The notes beneath the pieces were generated by a model, which searched no databases, had not been told where the DNA came from, and was given only the letters and a program-made list of their open reading frames with translations. The position numbers and the translations under genes were made by a program. This document shows positions 10,030 to 18,850 of a stretch of 64,000 nucleotides of DNA, piece after piece. Each line of letters opens with the position of its first letter. The stretch's first letter is position 1. Origin of the DNA: an uncultured Acidobacteriota bacterium (GTDB taxonomy: Bacteria; Acidobacteriota; Thermoanaerobaculia; Gp7-AA8); contig CAWGHO010000003.1 in NCBI GenBank assembly GCA_963822445.1, positions 768,001 through 832,000 of the forward strand, read 5' to 3'.

Positions 10030-10463
10030 CAGCTGTCCTCGAGGCCCGTGCCGGATTCGTCGTCGACCAGCATCGACGACCGTCCGCTGCTGGCCATGTC
10101 CGAATCGAACGAGCGCGTGTCGTAGCGGTCGTAGTAAGAGTCGTAGTACGTGCCCATGTAGAACGGCGCGTAGCCAGTTCGCGAGTAGTAGTCGTCGCGA
10201 TAGCGGTTCGGCCACGCCGGATCGGTCAGCGGCTCCTGGACATTGCGCGGCGGCGCGGCGTCCTTCTTCTTCTGTCCCGGCGTCGCCAGCACGTCCTTCT
10301 CGACCGCGCGCCCCTCGCAATCGAGGCAGCGGGTGAAACCGCTCTGCGGCGAGAGATGCGGTGAGCACATCGGCCGCGAACAGAGCGCGCACTGCTTGGC
10401 CGCCCGCTCGCCGCAATCGCGAAGGCTGAAAAAACCTCGTCTGGCCCGGCAGGTCTGCATCAC
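10029..10463 (-). CDS. Hypothetical Cys-rich (B-box-like zinc finger) protein with Tyr/Asp-rich tail
   Basis: C..DC..CALCSRPMCSPH..CLDC; overlaps neighbouring genes at both ends. Confidence 0.65.
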   Translation of the reverse strand: MMQTCRARRGFFSLRDCGERAAKQCALCSRPMCSPHLSPQSGFTRCLDCEGRAVEKDVLATPGQKKKDAAPPRNVQEPLTDPAWPNRYRDDYYSRTGYAPFYMGTYYDSYYDRYDTRSFDSDMASSGRSSMLVDDESGTGLEDS

Positions 10464-11281
10464 GCGCTCCTCGTCAGGGTCACCCGGCGATATCCGTCGG
10501 CGATGATGTCCACGAGCAGATCGAGCGCCGCCGTCTCCTCGCCTGCACTCTTGTGTTTCCGGGCGAGCGTCATCGTGGTGCGCTTCTCATCCCGCTCGAT
10601 GTCCGCCGCGTCCTGCACCGCGTACTCTTTCGTCGGGAAGCCCAGGGTCACGATCGCTACGGTCTTCCGCTTGACCTTCGTCTTCGTCTTGATCTTGCCG
10701 CGCGCATTTCTCTTGTTGCCCGTTTTCTCGAGCATGTGATCGATCACGCGCCATTTCAGCTTCGTGCCGTCGGCAAGAGTCGCGCTGCCGCTGAACCAGG
10801 GATCGACGTAGAGGCGGTCGATGACTTTGTAGTACGCGCCCTTCTTGTACGGCTCGCTCTCTTTTTTCTTCTTCTCGGCGATCGCCCACGGGCGGAGGTC
10901 GATGTCGACGTGCAGCGGATCGCCGGGGTTCATGTCTTCGCGCAGCAGGGTGATGAAGGGAGCGGCGGTCAGGGTCAGGTTGTCGGAAAGATCCTGGGCG
11001 CGGAGACGCATGTAGAAAACGGCGGCGGCGATCGCCGCGACGATGGACAACACGCCGAGGATGAGCATGACCGTTGTGAGGCCTTCGGCGTTGCCGGCGA
11101 TGACGAAGAAAATGATCGCGGCCAGGATGGCCAGCGGAATCGAGCAGCCGGCCTTCTTTCGCTTCGCCGCGGTGTACGCGTCGAAGTGGACCAGGCCGCG
11201 CATCAGCTCGAGGACTTCGTCCACCGGCCGATTGGCGTCAAGCCGTTTCGTTTGCGCGATGCGTAGCTGCTCAGGTGTCAT
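10460..11281 (-). CDS. Hypothetical membrane protein (2 TM) with basic C-terminal domain
   Basis: Two hydrophobic helices; ATGA overlap with the upstream GT gene; host-like codon bias. Confidence 0.7.
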   Translation of the reverse strand: MTPEQLRIAQTKRLDANRPVDEVLELMRGLVHFDAYTAAKRKKAGCSIPLAILAAIIFFVIAGNAEGLTTVMLILGVLSIVAAIAAAVFYMRLRAQDLSDNLTLTAAPFITLLREDMNPGDPLHVDIDLRPWAIAEKKKKESEPYKKGAYYKVIDRLYVDPWFSGSATLADGTKLKWRVIDHMLEKTGNKRNARGKIKTKTKVKRKTVAIVTLGFPTKEYAVQDAADIERDEKRTTMTLARKHKSAGEETAALDLLVDIIADGYRRVTLTRSA

Positions 11282-12462
11282 GGAAGCGTTGAATATAGCT
11301 CCTGCAGCCTTTTTGTGGCGTGGGACCAGGTGAGCGAGGCGGCGATTCGCTCGCGTCCGCGGGTGCCAAGGGCCTGGCGAAGGTCGGGATATTCGAAGGC
11401 GATGCGCATCGCGCGCGCGAGCTCCGCCGGACGATCGGGAGCGACGAGCAGGCCTTCCACGCGGTCGGTGACGAGCTCGCGGACGGCGGGGAGATCGCTG
11501 GCGATGACGGCGACGCCCCCGGCCATCGACTCGAGGATCTTCAGCGGCGAGCAGCCCTGGACGACGTTGCGCGCGCAATCGGAAAGCGGCGCAATCGAAG
11601 CAATCGCATGCTGCAACCAAGGCTGCAGCTCCTCGGAGGTCAGTGACGACTGCCAGATCACGCGATCGGCGATCTCCAGCTTCTCCGCGAGGCGGATGTA
11701 TCCCTTCGCGTATCGCGTGTGATGCGGGTAGCAGATGACGAGCTTGACCGGCAGGTCGCGCAGGCGGGCGAACGCGCGAAGGAGCGTCTCGATGCCTTGC
11801 CACTCCTGCAGGGCGCCGAAGTAGATGAAGTACTCCCCGTGTAGTGTGGGCCTCTGGCCTACCTCTTCCGGAACGTCCGCGCCATTCGGAATCACCGTCA
11901 CATTCTTCGCGCCTCTGCTGGTGACCAGATCGCGGATCGTGTTCGCGGGAACGACGATCGCGTCAGCGCGCTCGATCAGAATCTGCTCGAGCCGCTCGAT
12001 TTTTTCGATCGTGCGCGGCGCGACGGATGGGTAGGCGAACGGAAGCTCGATCGAGGGAAGGCCGTTGATCTCGTAGACGATCGTGACGTTTCGCTCGACC
12101 AGCGGCAGGCCGCTCCAGGGATCGCGAACGTGCGCGAACTCGAGGCGCGGCATTTCGTCGAGCAGGGCGTCCAGGCGACGGCCATACGCGAGCGTGCGCT
12201 CGAGGAAGTTGTCGACGTGCGCCGAGAAACGGACCACGTCGACGTCGCCGTCGGACTGCCACGCCGGCAGATCGTCGCCGCCGAGGACGTACAGCACGCC
12301 GCCGCCCGCCCAGTCGAAGAGCGCGCGCGCGAAGCGGGCGATGTGCACGCCCGCCCCTTTGCGCGACGGGAAGCGGTCGAACGCCGCGTAAAGCGCGCGC
12401 CGGTTTTGTAGGGGAGCGGGCGTCCCGCCCGCATCGCGCGGGGCGTCTCGCCCCGCGCTCAT
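11278..12462 (-). CDS. Glycosyltransferase family 4 (start uncertain: 12462 or 12519)
   Basis: YEINGLPS, IPNGAD, YFGALQEWQG, SPLKILESMAGGVAVIASDLP. Confidence 0.9.
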   Translation of the reverse strand: MSAGRDAPRDAGGTPAPLQNRRALYAAFDRFPSRKGAGVHIARFARALFDWAGGGVLYVLGGDDLPAWQSDGDVDVVRFSAHVDNFLERTLAYGRRLDALLDEMPRLEFAHVRDPWSGLPLVERNVTIVYEINGLPSIELPFAYPSVAPRTIEKIERLEQILIERADAIVVPANTIRDLVTSRGAKNVTVIPNGADVPEEVGQRPTLHGEYFIYFGALQEWQGIETLLRAFARLRDLPVKLVICYPHHTRYAKGYIRLAEKLEIADRVIWQSSLTSEELQPWLQHAIASIAPLSDCARNVVQGCSPLKILESMAGGVAVIASDLPAVRELVTDRVEGLLVAPDRPAELARAMRIAFEYPDLRQALGTRGRERIAASLTWSHATKRLQELYSTLP

Positions 12463-12511
12463 TACTGCCGGGCGGGACGCCCGGCAGGAGCGGCCGGGAC
12501 GGTCGCCCCCC
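12411..12511. repeat. REP-like GC-rich palindromic element
   Basis: GGAGCGGGCGTCCCGCCCGC ... GCCGGGCGGGACGCCCGGC; related to 58484-58581. Confidence 0.7.
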
Positions 12512-14830
12512 TTACCCATCCGCGTCGATCCACGCCGGCAGGCCGTGCTTCTCCATCAGCGCGGCAAATCGCGGATCCTCGCGCAGCGGATCGAACCGGT
12601 TGTCGATCGGCACGAACCACATCCAGGCGTTGTGCTCCGCGAGCGCGCCCGTCAACGCCTCGAAGGCCTCATCCAGTTGCCGCAAGCCGGTGTGCGCCAG
12701 CGCAAAGCAATACGGCGAGATGTAGCGCTGCTTCGACAATCCGCGCAGCCGCTCCACGATCTCCTGCGCCTCCTCTTTGCGTCCGGCGAAGCTCAGCACA
12801 TGCGCGAGTCCGCCGAGGTAGAGACCGGCCGGGCCGGCGATGTCGATGGCCTGCTGCATCTGCGCGATCGCCTCGTCGTAATCGCCGCGCGCCTCGAGAC
12901 TCATCCCCAGGTAGTAATGACCTGGCGCGAGTGTCGGATCGGTCTCGAGAACGGCGCGATACGTGGCAATGGCCTCGTCATATCGGCCGGCGACGTGATG
13001 CGGAATCCCCGCTCCGACGTTGATGATTGGCGACAGCGGGTCGAGCGTCTTCGACAGATCGATCAGCTCCATCCCCCGGCGGGTCATGCCCCGCCCGCAC
13101 ATCAACACGCCCAGCCAGTGCGGCGCCCACGGATAGTTCGGATTGAGCTGCATCGCCTCTTCGAGCTCGCGCTGCGCGGTCTCCCAGTCCCACTCGAAGA
13201 GTCCCGCCGCGTAACCAAGCGTCGCGTGCGGATCGGCGAGCGTCGCGTCGAGCTCCACCGCGCGGCGCGCCGCGGCTTTCACCTTCGGAAGAATGTCGCG
13301 CGGCGGCAAGGCCTGCACGAAGCCGAGCATCACGAACGTGTCCGCGAGGCCGACATACGGCATGGGGAACCCTGGATCGAGCTCCACCGCATTCTGGAAG
13401 CACGCAATGGCCTGCTTCAGCGCCTCGGGCGTCCGCTTGATCCACTGATAGCGCCCTTTCAGATAGAGTTGCTGCGCTTCCGGATCGATGGCCCGTTTCT
13501 TCTTGACCGCGCGCCGCGTCCCCGATGCCCCGCGAACGCGAATGTGCTCGATGACGTCGTCGGCGATGCCCTCGCACAGCACCGCGATCTCGCGGATCGG
13601 CCGCGAATACTGCGCGCCCCACAGCCGTGTGCCGTCGATGCTGGAGACGAGACTGACGTCGGCGTGCAGCATGTCTCCCTCGATCCGCGCCTTCACGCCA
13701 ATCACGGCGGCGACGTTCAGCTCGCGGCCGACCTGTTGCGCGTCGATCTCCTTCCCGCTGTACCGCGCCGCCGCGGAACCGGGTGCGACCACGCGCAGTT
13801 TGCGCACGTGCGAGAGCGCGTTGGCGATGCCTTCGCTCAATCCGTAAACGAGGTACTCGAGCGCGGGATCGAGCGTGCCGGTGACGAAGGGGAGGACCGA
13901 CAGCGAATCGAAACGAGCCTTCGCCGGCGCCGCGGCCGCGGCGGTCATCACCTCGGTCTTCTCGACGCCGGCGACCTTCTGCCGTTTGCTGCGCGGCCGC
14001 GCGCGGCCCTTCACCGCTTCTAACGCTTCGAGCAGCAGACGGCTCGTCGCGAAGCGGCGGGCCGGATCTTTCGCGAGGGCTTGGCGGATGATCGGCGCGA
14101 GCGGCGTCATTCCCTCATCGGACAATGGGGGAGGCTCCTCGAAGAGAATCGCGGTGATGGTCGCGACCGTGCTGTCGCGATCGAAGGGACGGCGGCCGGT
14201 GGCCATCTCGTACAGCACGACGCCGAGGCTGAAGATGTCGGTGCGCGCGTCGAGGGGCGCCGCGCGGAGTTGCTCGGGCGACATGTACGGCGCCGTGCCC
14301 GTGACGATCCCCGCCTCGGACTTCAGGATCTCGGTGTGACCTTCGGTCGCGTCGGAGAACTTGGCCAGGCCGAAGTCCAGGACTTTCACGCCGCCGCGCG
14401 GCGTGAGCATGATGTTCATCGGCTTGATGTCGCGATGAATCACGCCGTGGCTGTGCGCCTCATCGAGCGCCGCCGCGATCCCCGTCCCGATCTCCAGCAC
14501 CTCGGTGAGCGTCAGCCGCGAGTCCTGCAGGCGATCGAAAAGCGTTTCCCCTTCGACGTACTGCATGACGATGTACGGCCGCGCGTCGAGATCGCCGACC
14601 TCGTAGATCGTGCAGACGTTGGGATGATCGAGCGCGGCCACGGCGCGCGCCTCGCGGAGCATCCGCCGCTTCGCATCGGCATCGCGGCCGACGCTTTCCG
14701 GAAGGATCTTGACCGCGACGCGGCGGCCGAGGCGAATGTCATCGGCGAGATAGACCTCGCCCATCCCGCCCGCTCCGATGAGCGAGACGATGCGGTAATG
14801 ATCGGCAATGATGGGGAAGGCGTCCGTCAC
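12512..14830 (-). CDS. Ser/Thr protein kinase with TolB-N-like and TPR domains
   Basis: GAGGMGEVY, VAVK, HRDIKPMN, DFGLAK, YMSPE; SLSVLPF; TPR-like helices. Confidence 0.95.
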   Translation of the reverse strand: MTDAFPIIADHYRIVSLIGAGGMGEVYLADDIRLGRRVAVKILPESVGRDADAKRRMLREARAVAALDHPNVCTIYEVGDLDARPYIVMQYVEGETLFDRLQDSRLTLTEVLEIGTGIAAALDEAHSHGVIHRDIKPMNIMLTPRGGVKVLDFGLAKFSDATEGHTEILKSEAGIVTGTAPYMSPEQLRAAPLDARTDIFSLGVVLYEMATGRRPFDRDSTVATITAILFEEPPPLSDEGMTPLAPIIRQALAKDPARRFATSRLLLEALEAVKGRARPRSKRQKVAGVEKTEVMTAAAAAPAKARFDSLSVLPFVTGTLDPALEYLVYGLSEGIANALSHVRKLRVVAPGSAAARYSGKEIDAQQVGRELNVAAVIGVKARIEGDMLHADVSLVSSIDGTRLWGAQYSRPIREIAVLCEGIADDVIEHIRVRGASGTRRAVKKKRAIDPEAQQLYLKGRYQWIKRTPEALKQAIACFQNAVELDPGFPMPYVGLADTFVMLGFVQALPPRDILPKVKAAARRAVELDATLADPHATLGYAAGLFEWDWETAQRELEEAMQLNPNYPWAPHWLGVLMCGRGMTRRGMELIDLSKTLDPLSPIINVGAGIPHHVAGRYDEAIATYRAVLETDPTLAPGHYYLGMSLEARGDYDEAIAQMQQAIDIAGPAGLYLGGLAHVLSFAGRKEEAQEIVERLRGLSKQRYISPYCFALAHTGLRQLDEAFEALTGALAEHNAWMWFVPIDNRFDPLREDPRFAALMEKHGLPAWIDADG

Positions 14831-14842
14831 GCGGTGCCAATA

Positions 14843-14877
14843 TTAGTCGTTAGTCGCTAGTGATTAGTCGTTAGTAG
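14843..14877. repeat. Heptamer tandem repeat, 5 imperfect TTAGTCG units
   Basis: ttagtcg ttagtcg ctagtga ttagtcg ttagtag. Confidence 0.7.
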
Positions 14878-15532
14878 CCGCGGCCACGATGTCTGCGTTC
14901 TCCAGCACCGGTTTCGGCCATCCCTTACGAGCGACGACCAGCATCGCCCGTCCCACCTCGGCCGTCGTGGTCACGTACTTTGGCGCGAGCTTCCGGACGA
15001 GAGGAACGAGCGGCGCGAGCACTTTGTAGAAAACGCGATACAGCGTCGTTCGCGAGGTGATCCCGTCGAGCGGCTGAATGAACGCGGGCCGGAACGCGTA
15101 CGCATTCCTGAACAGCGCGCGGACTTCATTCTCCGCGCGGCCTTTCACGCGAGCCCACATCGTCCTGCTCGTGCCGGTGCTGTCCGTGCCCGCGCCGGAA
15201 ACGAAGATGAAGGTCATGTCGGGATTCAGCCGCGCCAGTGGCCGCGCGGCGGCGAGCGTGTAGTCGACGGTGACGCGCGCGTAATCCGCTTCGCTCATGC
15301 CGGCGGAGGTGACGCCGAGGCAGAAGAAGCAGGCGTCGTAGCCGGCGAGTTGCGATTCCACCGAGGAGAAATCGGTGAAGTCGCTGTGCACGAGGTCCGT
15401 CACTTTCGGATGCGTTTGTCCCGACGGCCTGCGCCCGACGACGAGCACGCGTTCGACACCGGGATCGCGCAGACATTCGAGCAGCACGCCCTGACCGACC
15501 ATGCCCGTGCCGCCGAAGAGGATCACCTTCAT
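14864..15532 (-). CDS. NAD(P)-binding epimerase/dehydratase-like (atypical SDR) protein
   Basis: MKVILFGGTGMVG Rossmann motif; CFFCLG; WARVKG. Confidence 0.9.
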   Translation of the reverse strand: MKVILFGGTGMVGQGVLLECLRDPGVERVLVVGRRPSGQTHPKVTDLVHSDFTDFSSVESQLAGYDACFFCLGVTSAGMSEADYARVTVDYTLAAARPLARLNPDMTFIFVSGAGTDSTGTSRTMWARVKGRAENEVRALFRNAYAFRPAFIQPLDGITSRTTLYRVFYKVLAPLVPLVRKLAPKYVTTTAEVGRAMLVVARKGWPKPVLENADIVAAATND

Positions 15533-16626
15533 GGCGTGCTCGCGTAGCGCTCGGTCTCGATCGACCAGACCGGCGCGCCGCTGCCGGAGATCGTGCGCTT
15601 CCAGGTGATCGAGTACTCGCCGGGCACCGTCCTCGTGCCCCAGCGTCGGACCCAAGTGCCCCGTTCCGTCGCGCGATCGCCGTCGATCTGGAGTTGATCG
15701 ATCGTGCGCACGTACGACTTGCCGAAAGCCTTGTTGCGCGCGTCGCGTGCTTCCCGCAACACGACTTCATCGTTCGGAACGGAAACGACGGCGATGCGAT
15801 CTTCGGAAGGGGATAGGGCGATGCGGGTGATGCCCTGCAGATCGCGCTCGCTGAAGCGGTGCGCGACCGGCCAGTCGTCGGGCTTTGCCGGATTCCATTC
15901 ATGAATCGCGTTGCCGGAGGCCATGAGCAGTGTGCCGCGCGAAGTCCAGACGTGATGACCGCCGGTTTTGAAGGGAATGGTGGCCAGCACGCTTCCGCGA
16001 TCTCCGTCGAGATCCATACGCATCAGTTTCTTGACGTCGCCTTCCTGCACGACGAAGGTGACCGCGCGCTGACCGGGGATGCGGTACGGCGCGGTGACCG
16101 CGTTCGGGACGATTCGATTCAGCGCTTTCCCATCCCAGATGGCGATGTGGCGCTGCTCTTCGTTCATGAAGAGGATCCAGCGCTCGTCATCCATACGCGT
16201 GAAGTAGCCCGCGGTCTTGACGTCCGGCAACAGCGCTCGCGAGTTGGCGCCGTCGAGGTCGTACTGCCAGACCGTGCCCTCGCGCAGGGTCATGATGCTC
16301 TTGCCGTCTGGCGTGGGCGTCGGACTGAAGCCGCGCACCCTGGTCAGCTTCGTCGTTTTGCCGGTGCCGAGGTCGTAGCGGATGGCCTGAATGCCCAGTC
16401 CCGTTTCGGCGACGCTGTCCGCTTCGCTGCTGAAGACCAGCGATTTTCCATCCGCGAAGAAGGATGGCTGGTTGTCGTAACCGGGATGGTTGGAGATGTT
16501 CCTCGGCGCGCCGACCATGAACGCGCCCTCGCGCATGTTCAGCGGCGCGACCCAGACCTCGGTGGTCAAGACCTGCGCGGTACAAGGCAACGCCACGAGG
16601 AGAATCGCTGGCAAAATCTTTCGCAT
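15529..16626 (-). CDS. Secreted TolB-like beta-propeller protein with short NTF2/SnoaL-like C-terminus
   Basis: Signal peptide MRKILPAILLVALPCTA; PD40-like GYDNQPSFFADGKSLVFSS, FSPTPTPDGKS. Confidence 0.7.
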   Translation of the reverse strand: MRKILPAILLVALPCTAQVLTTEVWVAPLNMREGAFMVGAPRNISNHPGYDNQPSFFADGKSLVFSSEADSVAETGLGIQAIRYDLGTGKTTKLTRVRGFSPTPTPDGKSIMTLREGTVWQYDLDGANSRALLPDVKTAGYFTRMDDERWILFMNEEQRHIAIWDGKALNRIVPNAVTAPYRIPGQRAVTFVVQEGDVKKLMRMDLDGDRGSVLATIPFKTGGHHVWTSRGTLLMASGNAIHEWNPAKPDDWPVAHRFSERDLQGITRIALSPSEDRIAVVSVPNDEVVLREARDARNKAFGKSYVRTIDQLQIDGDRATERGTWVRRWGTRTVPGEYSITWKRTISGSGAPVWSIETERYASTP

Positions 16627-16639
16627 GTGCCGAATCTTA

Positions 16640-16745
16640 GTGGAGGGCGGGCGCCCCGCCCGCCCCGCACCGGGCGCCCCGCCCGGTGCTCCCCACGATC
16701 GGGCGAGGCGCCCGATCGGTTGCGGGCGAGGCGCCCGCCCTCCAC
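16640..16745. repeat. REP-like palindromic element between divergent genes
   Basis: GTGGAGGGCGGGCGCC ... GGCGCCCGCCCTCCAC terminal inverted repeat. Confidence 0.8.
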
Positions 16746-16758
16746 AATCCGCGGCGTC

Positions 16759-17142
16759 ATGAGTCACGATCTCGAACAGACCACCGCCCTCCTCGCCAGG
16801 ACCCCCGCCGCCCTCGACGCCCTCCTGCGCGGTCTGCCCGACGCGTGGACGCTCAGCAACGAAGGCGAGGGCACGTGGACGCCGTTCGATATCGTCGGTC
16901 ATCTGATTCACGGCGAGCGGACGGACTGGATGCCGCGCACGCGCCTCATCCTGCAATCCGGCGACGCGCAACCATTCGAACCGTTCGACCGCCTCGGGCA
17001 TGTGGCCGAGAGCCGGAACCTCTCGCTCGAAGAGCTGCTCGATACGTTCGCGCGCCTTCGCGCCGACAACCTCAGCGAGCTCCGCTCCCTGAACCTGCAG
17101 CCCTCCGACCTCGAGCGCCCTGACACAGCTCCAGATGTTTAG
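16759..17142 (+). pseudogene. DinB-family protein, 3'-truncated
   Basis: LARTPAALDALLRGLPDAW..NEG..WTPFDIVGHLIHGERTDW; ends after 127 aa without the C-terminal H-D-x-x-H helix. Confidence 0.7.
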
Positions 17143-17144
17143 CT

Positions 17145-17231
17145 TGGAGTGCGGCGGCTCTGCCGCCGCTTTCCCATGCGGCGGAGCCGCTCCGCGGCCG
17201 GTGAAAGCGGCAGCAGAGCTGCCGCACTCCA
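17145..17231. repeat. REP element, TGGAGTGCGGC...GCCGCACTCCA family
   Basis: Terminal inverted repeats; further copies at 23089, 28204, 28951 and 55478. Confidence 0.9.
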
Positions 17232-17660
17232 TTACTTTCGCAACGCGCCCCCGGCGAAAACGGCAATCACCAAGAGGAGGGGATTCACAGCCGCGAACCA
17301 CAGCGGCTCACGGGCTTCGAACATCGCTTCCATGGTCGGCAGATCGACCGTCCGACTCGCGACGGCCTTCTCTTCCCTGAGCAGCCCGACGAAAACGATC
17401 ACACCGATCAGCACGACCAGTCCGGCCATGACCTTCACCGCACCGCTCTTCCCGATGACCGCGGCGACATAGCCGCCGATCACCGCCGAAATCAAACCGA
17501 TGACCAGTGCGCCAATGATCCACAGCATCGACGGCTCGTAGTTGCCCGGAAGAAATAAGCGATCGGGCCCCAATGCCACCGAGAATCCGGTGAACAAAAG
17601 GAACACGCAGAAAAAGTAGACGACGTAGCCGGCGACAGCGGCCAGAACGTTCCGAATCAT
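17232..17660 (-). CDS. Hypothetical membrane protein (4 TM)
   Basis: MIRNVLAAVAGYVV... four hydrophobic segments. Confidence 0.75.
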   Translation of the reverse strand: MIRNVLAAVAGYVVYFFCVFLLFTGFSVALGPDRLFLPGNYEPSMLWIIGALVIGLISAVIGGYVAAVIGKSGAVKVMAGLVVLIGVIVFVGLLREEKAVASRTVDLPTMEAMFEAREPLWFAAVNPLLLVIAVFAGGALRK

Positions 17661-17671
17661 GATGGTTCGTT

Positions 17672-18733
17672 TCACATACCACGATTCCGCCACGGATATT
17701 CGATCTGAACGGCCACGAAGGCCGCCGTCGGCTCGCCGTAACGCGCCTCGATGCCGGCCAGCGCGCGGTCGAGCGTTTGCGCCGGCGGCACTCCGGCGGG
17801 GAGCGTCATCATCGACACGACTTCATCGTCGTCCCGATCGGGAAGCAGCGTCAGTCCACGGCGAGTCCGGATCGCGTCGGTCGAACCGGCGACCGAGTAG
17901 GCCCACGACCTCCGCGTCCGCGAATACAGATCAGCTGTGAGAGCGAGCGAGATCTCGTCCACTCCGGCCTCGACGCGAATGCCCAGCGCCTCGTGACGCC
18001 AGATCAGCATCTTGTTCGCGAGGCCGGTGGCCAGTTTCCCGCGCAGTGAAAACCGGCTGCTGTCGTGGACGGGAGTCCATGAGCTCACGCCGAGCGTTTT
18101 TGCAACGGCTTCCGCTCGCTCGCGGCCGGCGATCGCCTCCACGAGAGCGATGGAGATGGGGATCGACGCGGAGACGCCGCTCGTGGTGATGACGTTGCCA
18201 TCCGCCACGTAGCGCCGGTTCCGAACCCAGCGCGTGCCGGGATGTCGGCGCTCGAGACCGTCGATCGTTCTCCAGTGTCCTGTTGCGCGCCGGCCTTCGA
18301 GCAGTCCGGCGTTCGCGAGAACGGGCACGCCGTCGCAGATCCCCACGATCGTCGCCCCGCGCCGGGCCTGCGAGCGGACCCAATCGAGAATGGCTTCGTT
18401 CTCCGCACCTTCGTAGATGTTCGGAACGATCACGTAGTCCGCGCCGAGCGGCACTCGCGCATCGAATTCACGGATCGTGGCGTGGACGCGAAAGCGCAAC
18501 GCCGGCCGCATCCGGATCGGACCCGGCTCCGTCGACAGCGCGAGGACTTCCGCGACGCCCGACTCCGCGAGGATTCCGTACGGCACGACGTAGTCCGTCG
18601 TCTCCGTCGCCGCGTTGTCGCCGAGCACCACGATCACAGGACGCGACCGGCCGAAGCGCGGCTGGTATTGCGGAATCGCCGACGCGTCCGTGGAGAGCAT
18701 GATGGAGAAGAGAGCTGCTGAAAGAATGGTCAT
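17672..18733 (-). CDS. DJ-1/PfpI family protein
   Basis: ETTDYVVPY, GICDG, AGLLEGRRATGHW, DGNVITTSGVSAS. Confidence 0.9.
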   Translation of the reverse strand: MTILSAALFSIMLSTDASAIPQYQPRFGRSRPVIVVLGDNAATETTDYVVPYGILAESGVAEVLALSTEPGPIRMRPALRFRVHATIREFDARVPLGADYVIVPNIYEGAENEAILDWVRSQARRGATIVGICDGVPVLANAGLLEGRRATGHWRTIDGLERRHPGTRWVRNRRYVADGNVITTSGVSASIPISIALVEAIAGRERAEAVAKTLGVSSWTPVHDSSRFSLRGKLATGLANKMLIWRHEALGIRVEAGVDEISLALTADLYSRTRRSWAYSVAGSTDAIRTRRGLTLLPDRDDDEVVSMMTLPAGVPPAQTLDRALAGIEARYGEPTAAFVAVQIEYPWRNRGM

Positions 18734-18747
18734 GGCGTTCCTCAAAA

Positions 18748-18850
18748 GGTTTCGGGGTTTCGGGGTTTCGGGGTTGCGGGGTGGCTGCTGGGTTACTGGG
18801 TTGCTTTGCTGAACCTCGTAACCCCGCAACCTCGTAACCCCGCAACCCCC
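18748..18850. repeat. Octamer tandem repeats in inverted arrangement
   Basis: (GGTTTCGG)n ... (AACCCCGC/AACCTCGT)n; similar to 53564-53640. Confidence 0.8.

Noticed and set aside
16627-17301. N-terminal extension of the TolB-like ORF (590 aa)
   Set aside because: Antisense to the DinB gene and crosses two repeats; the signal peptide starts at 16626
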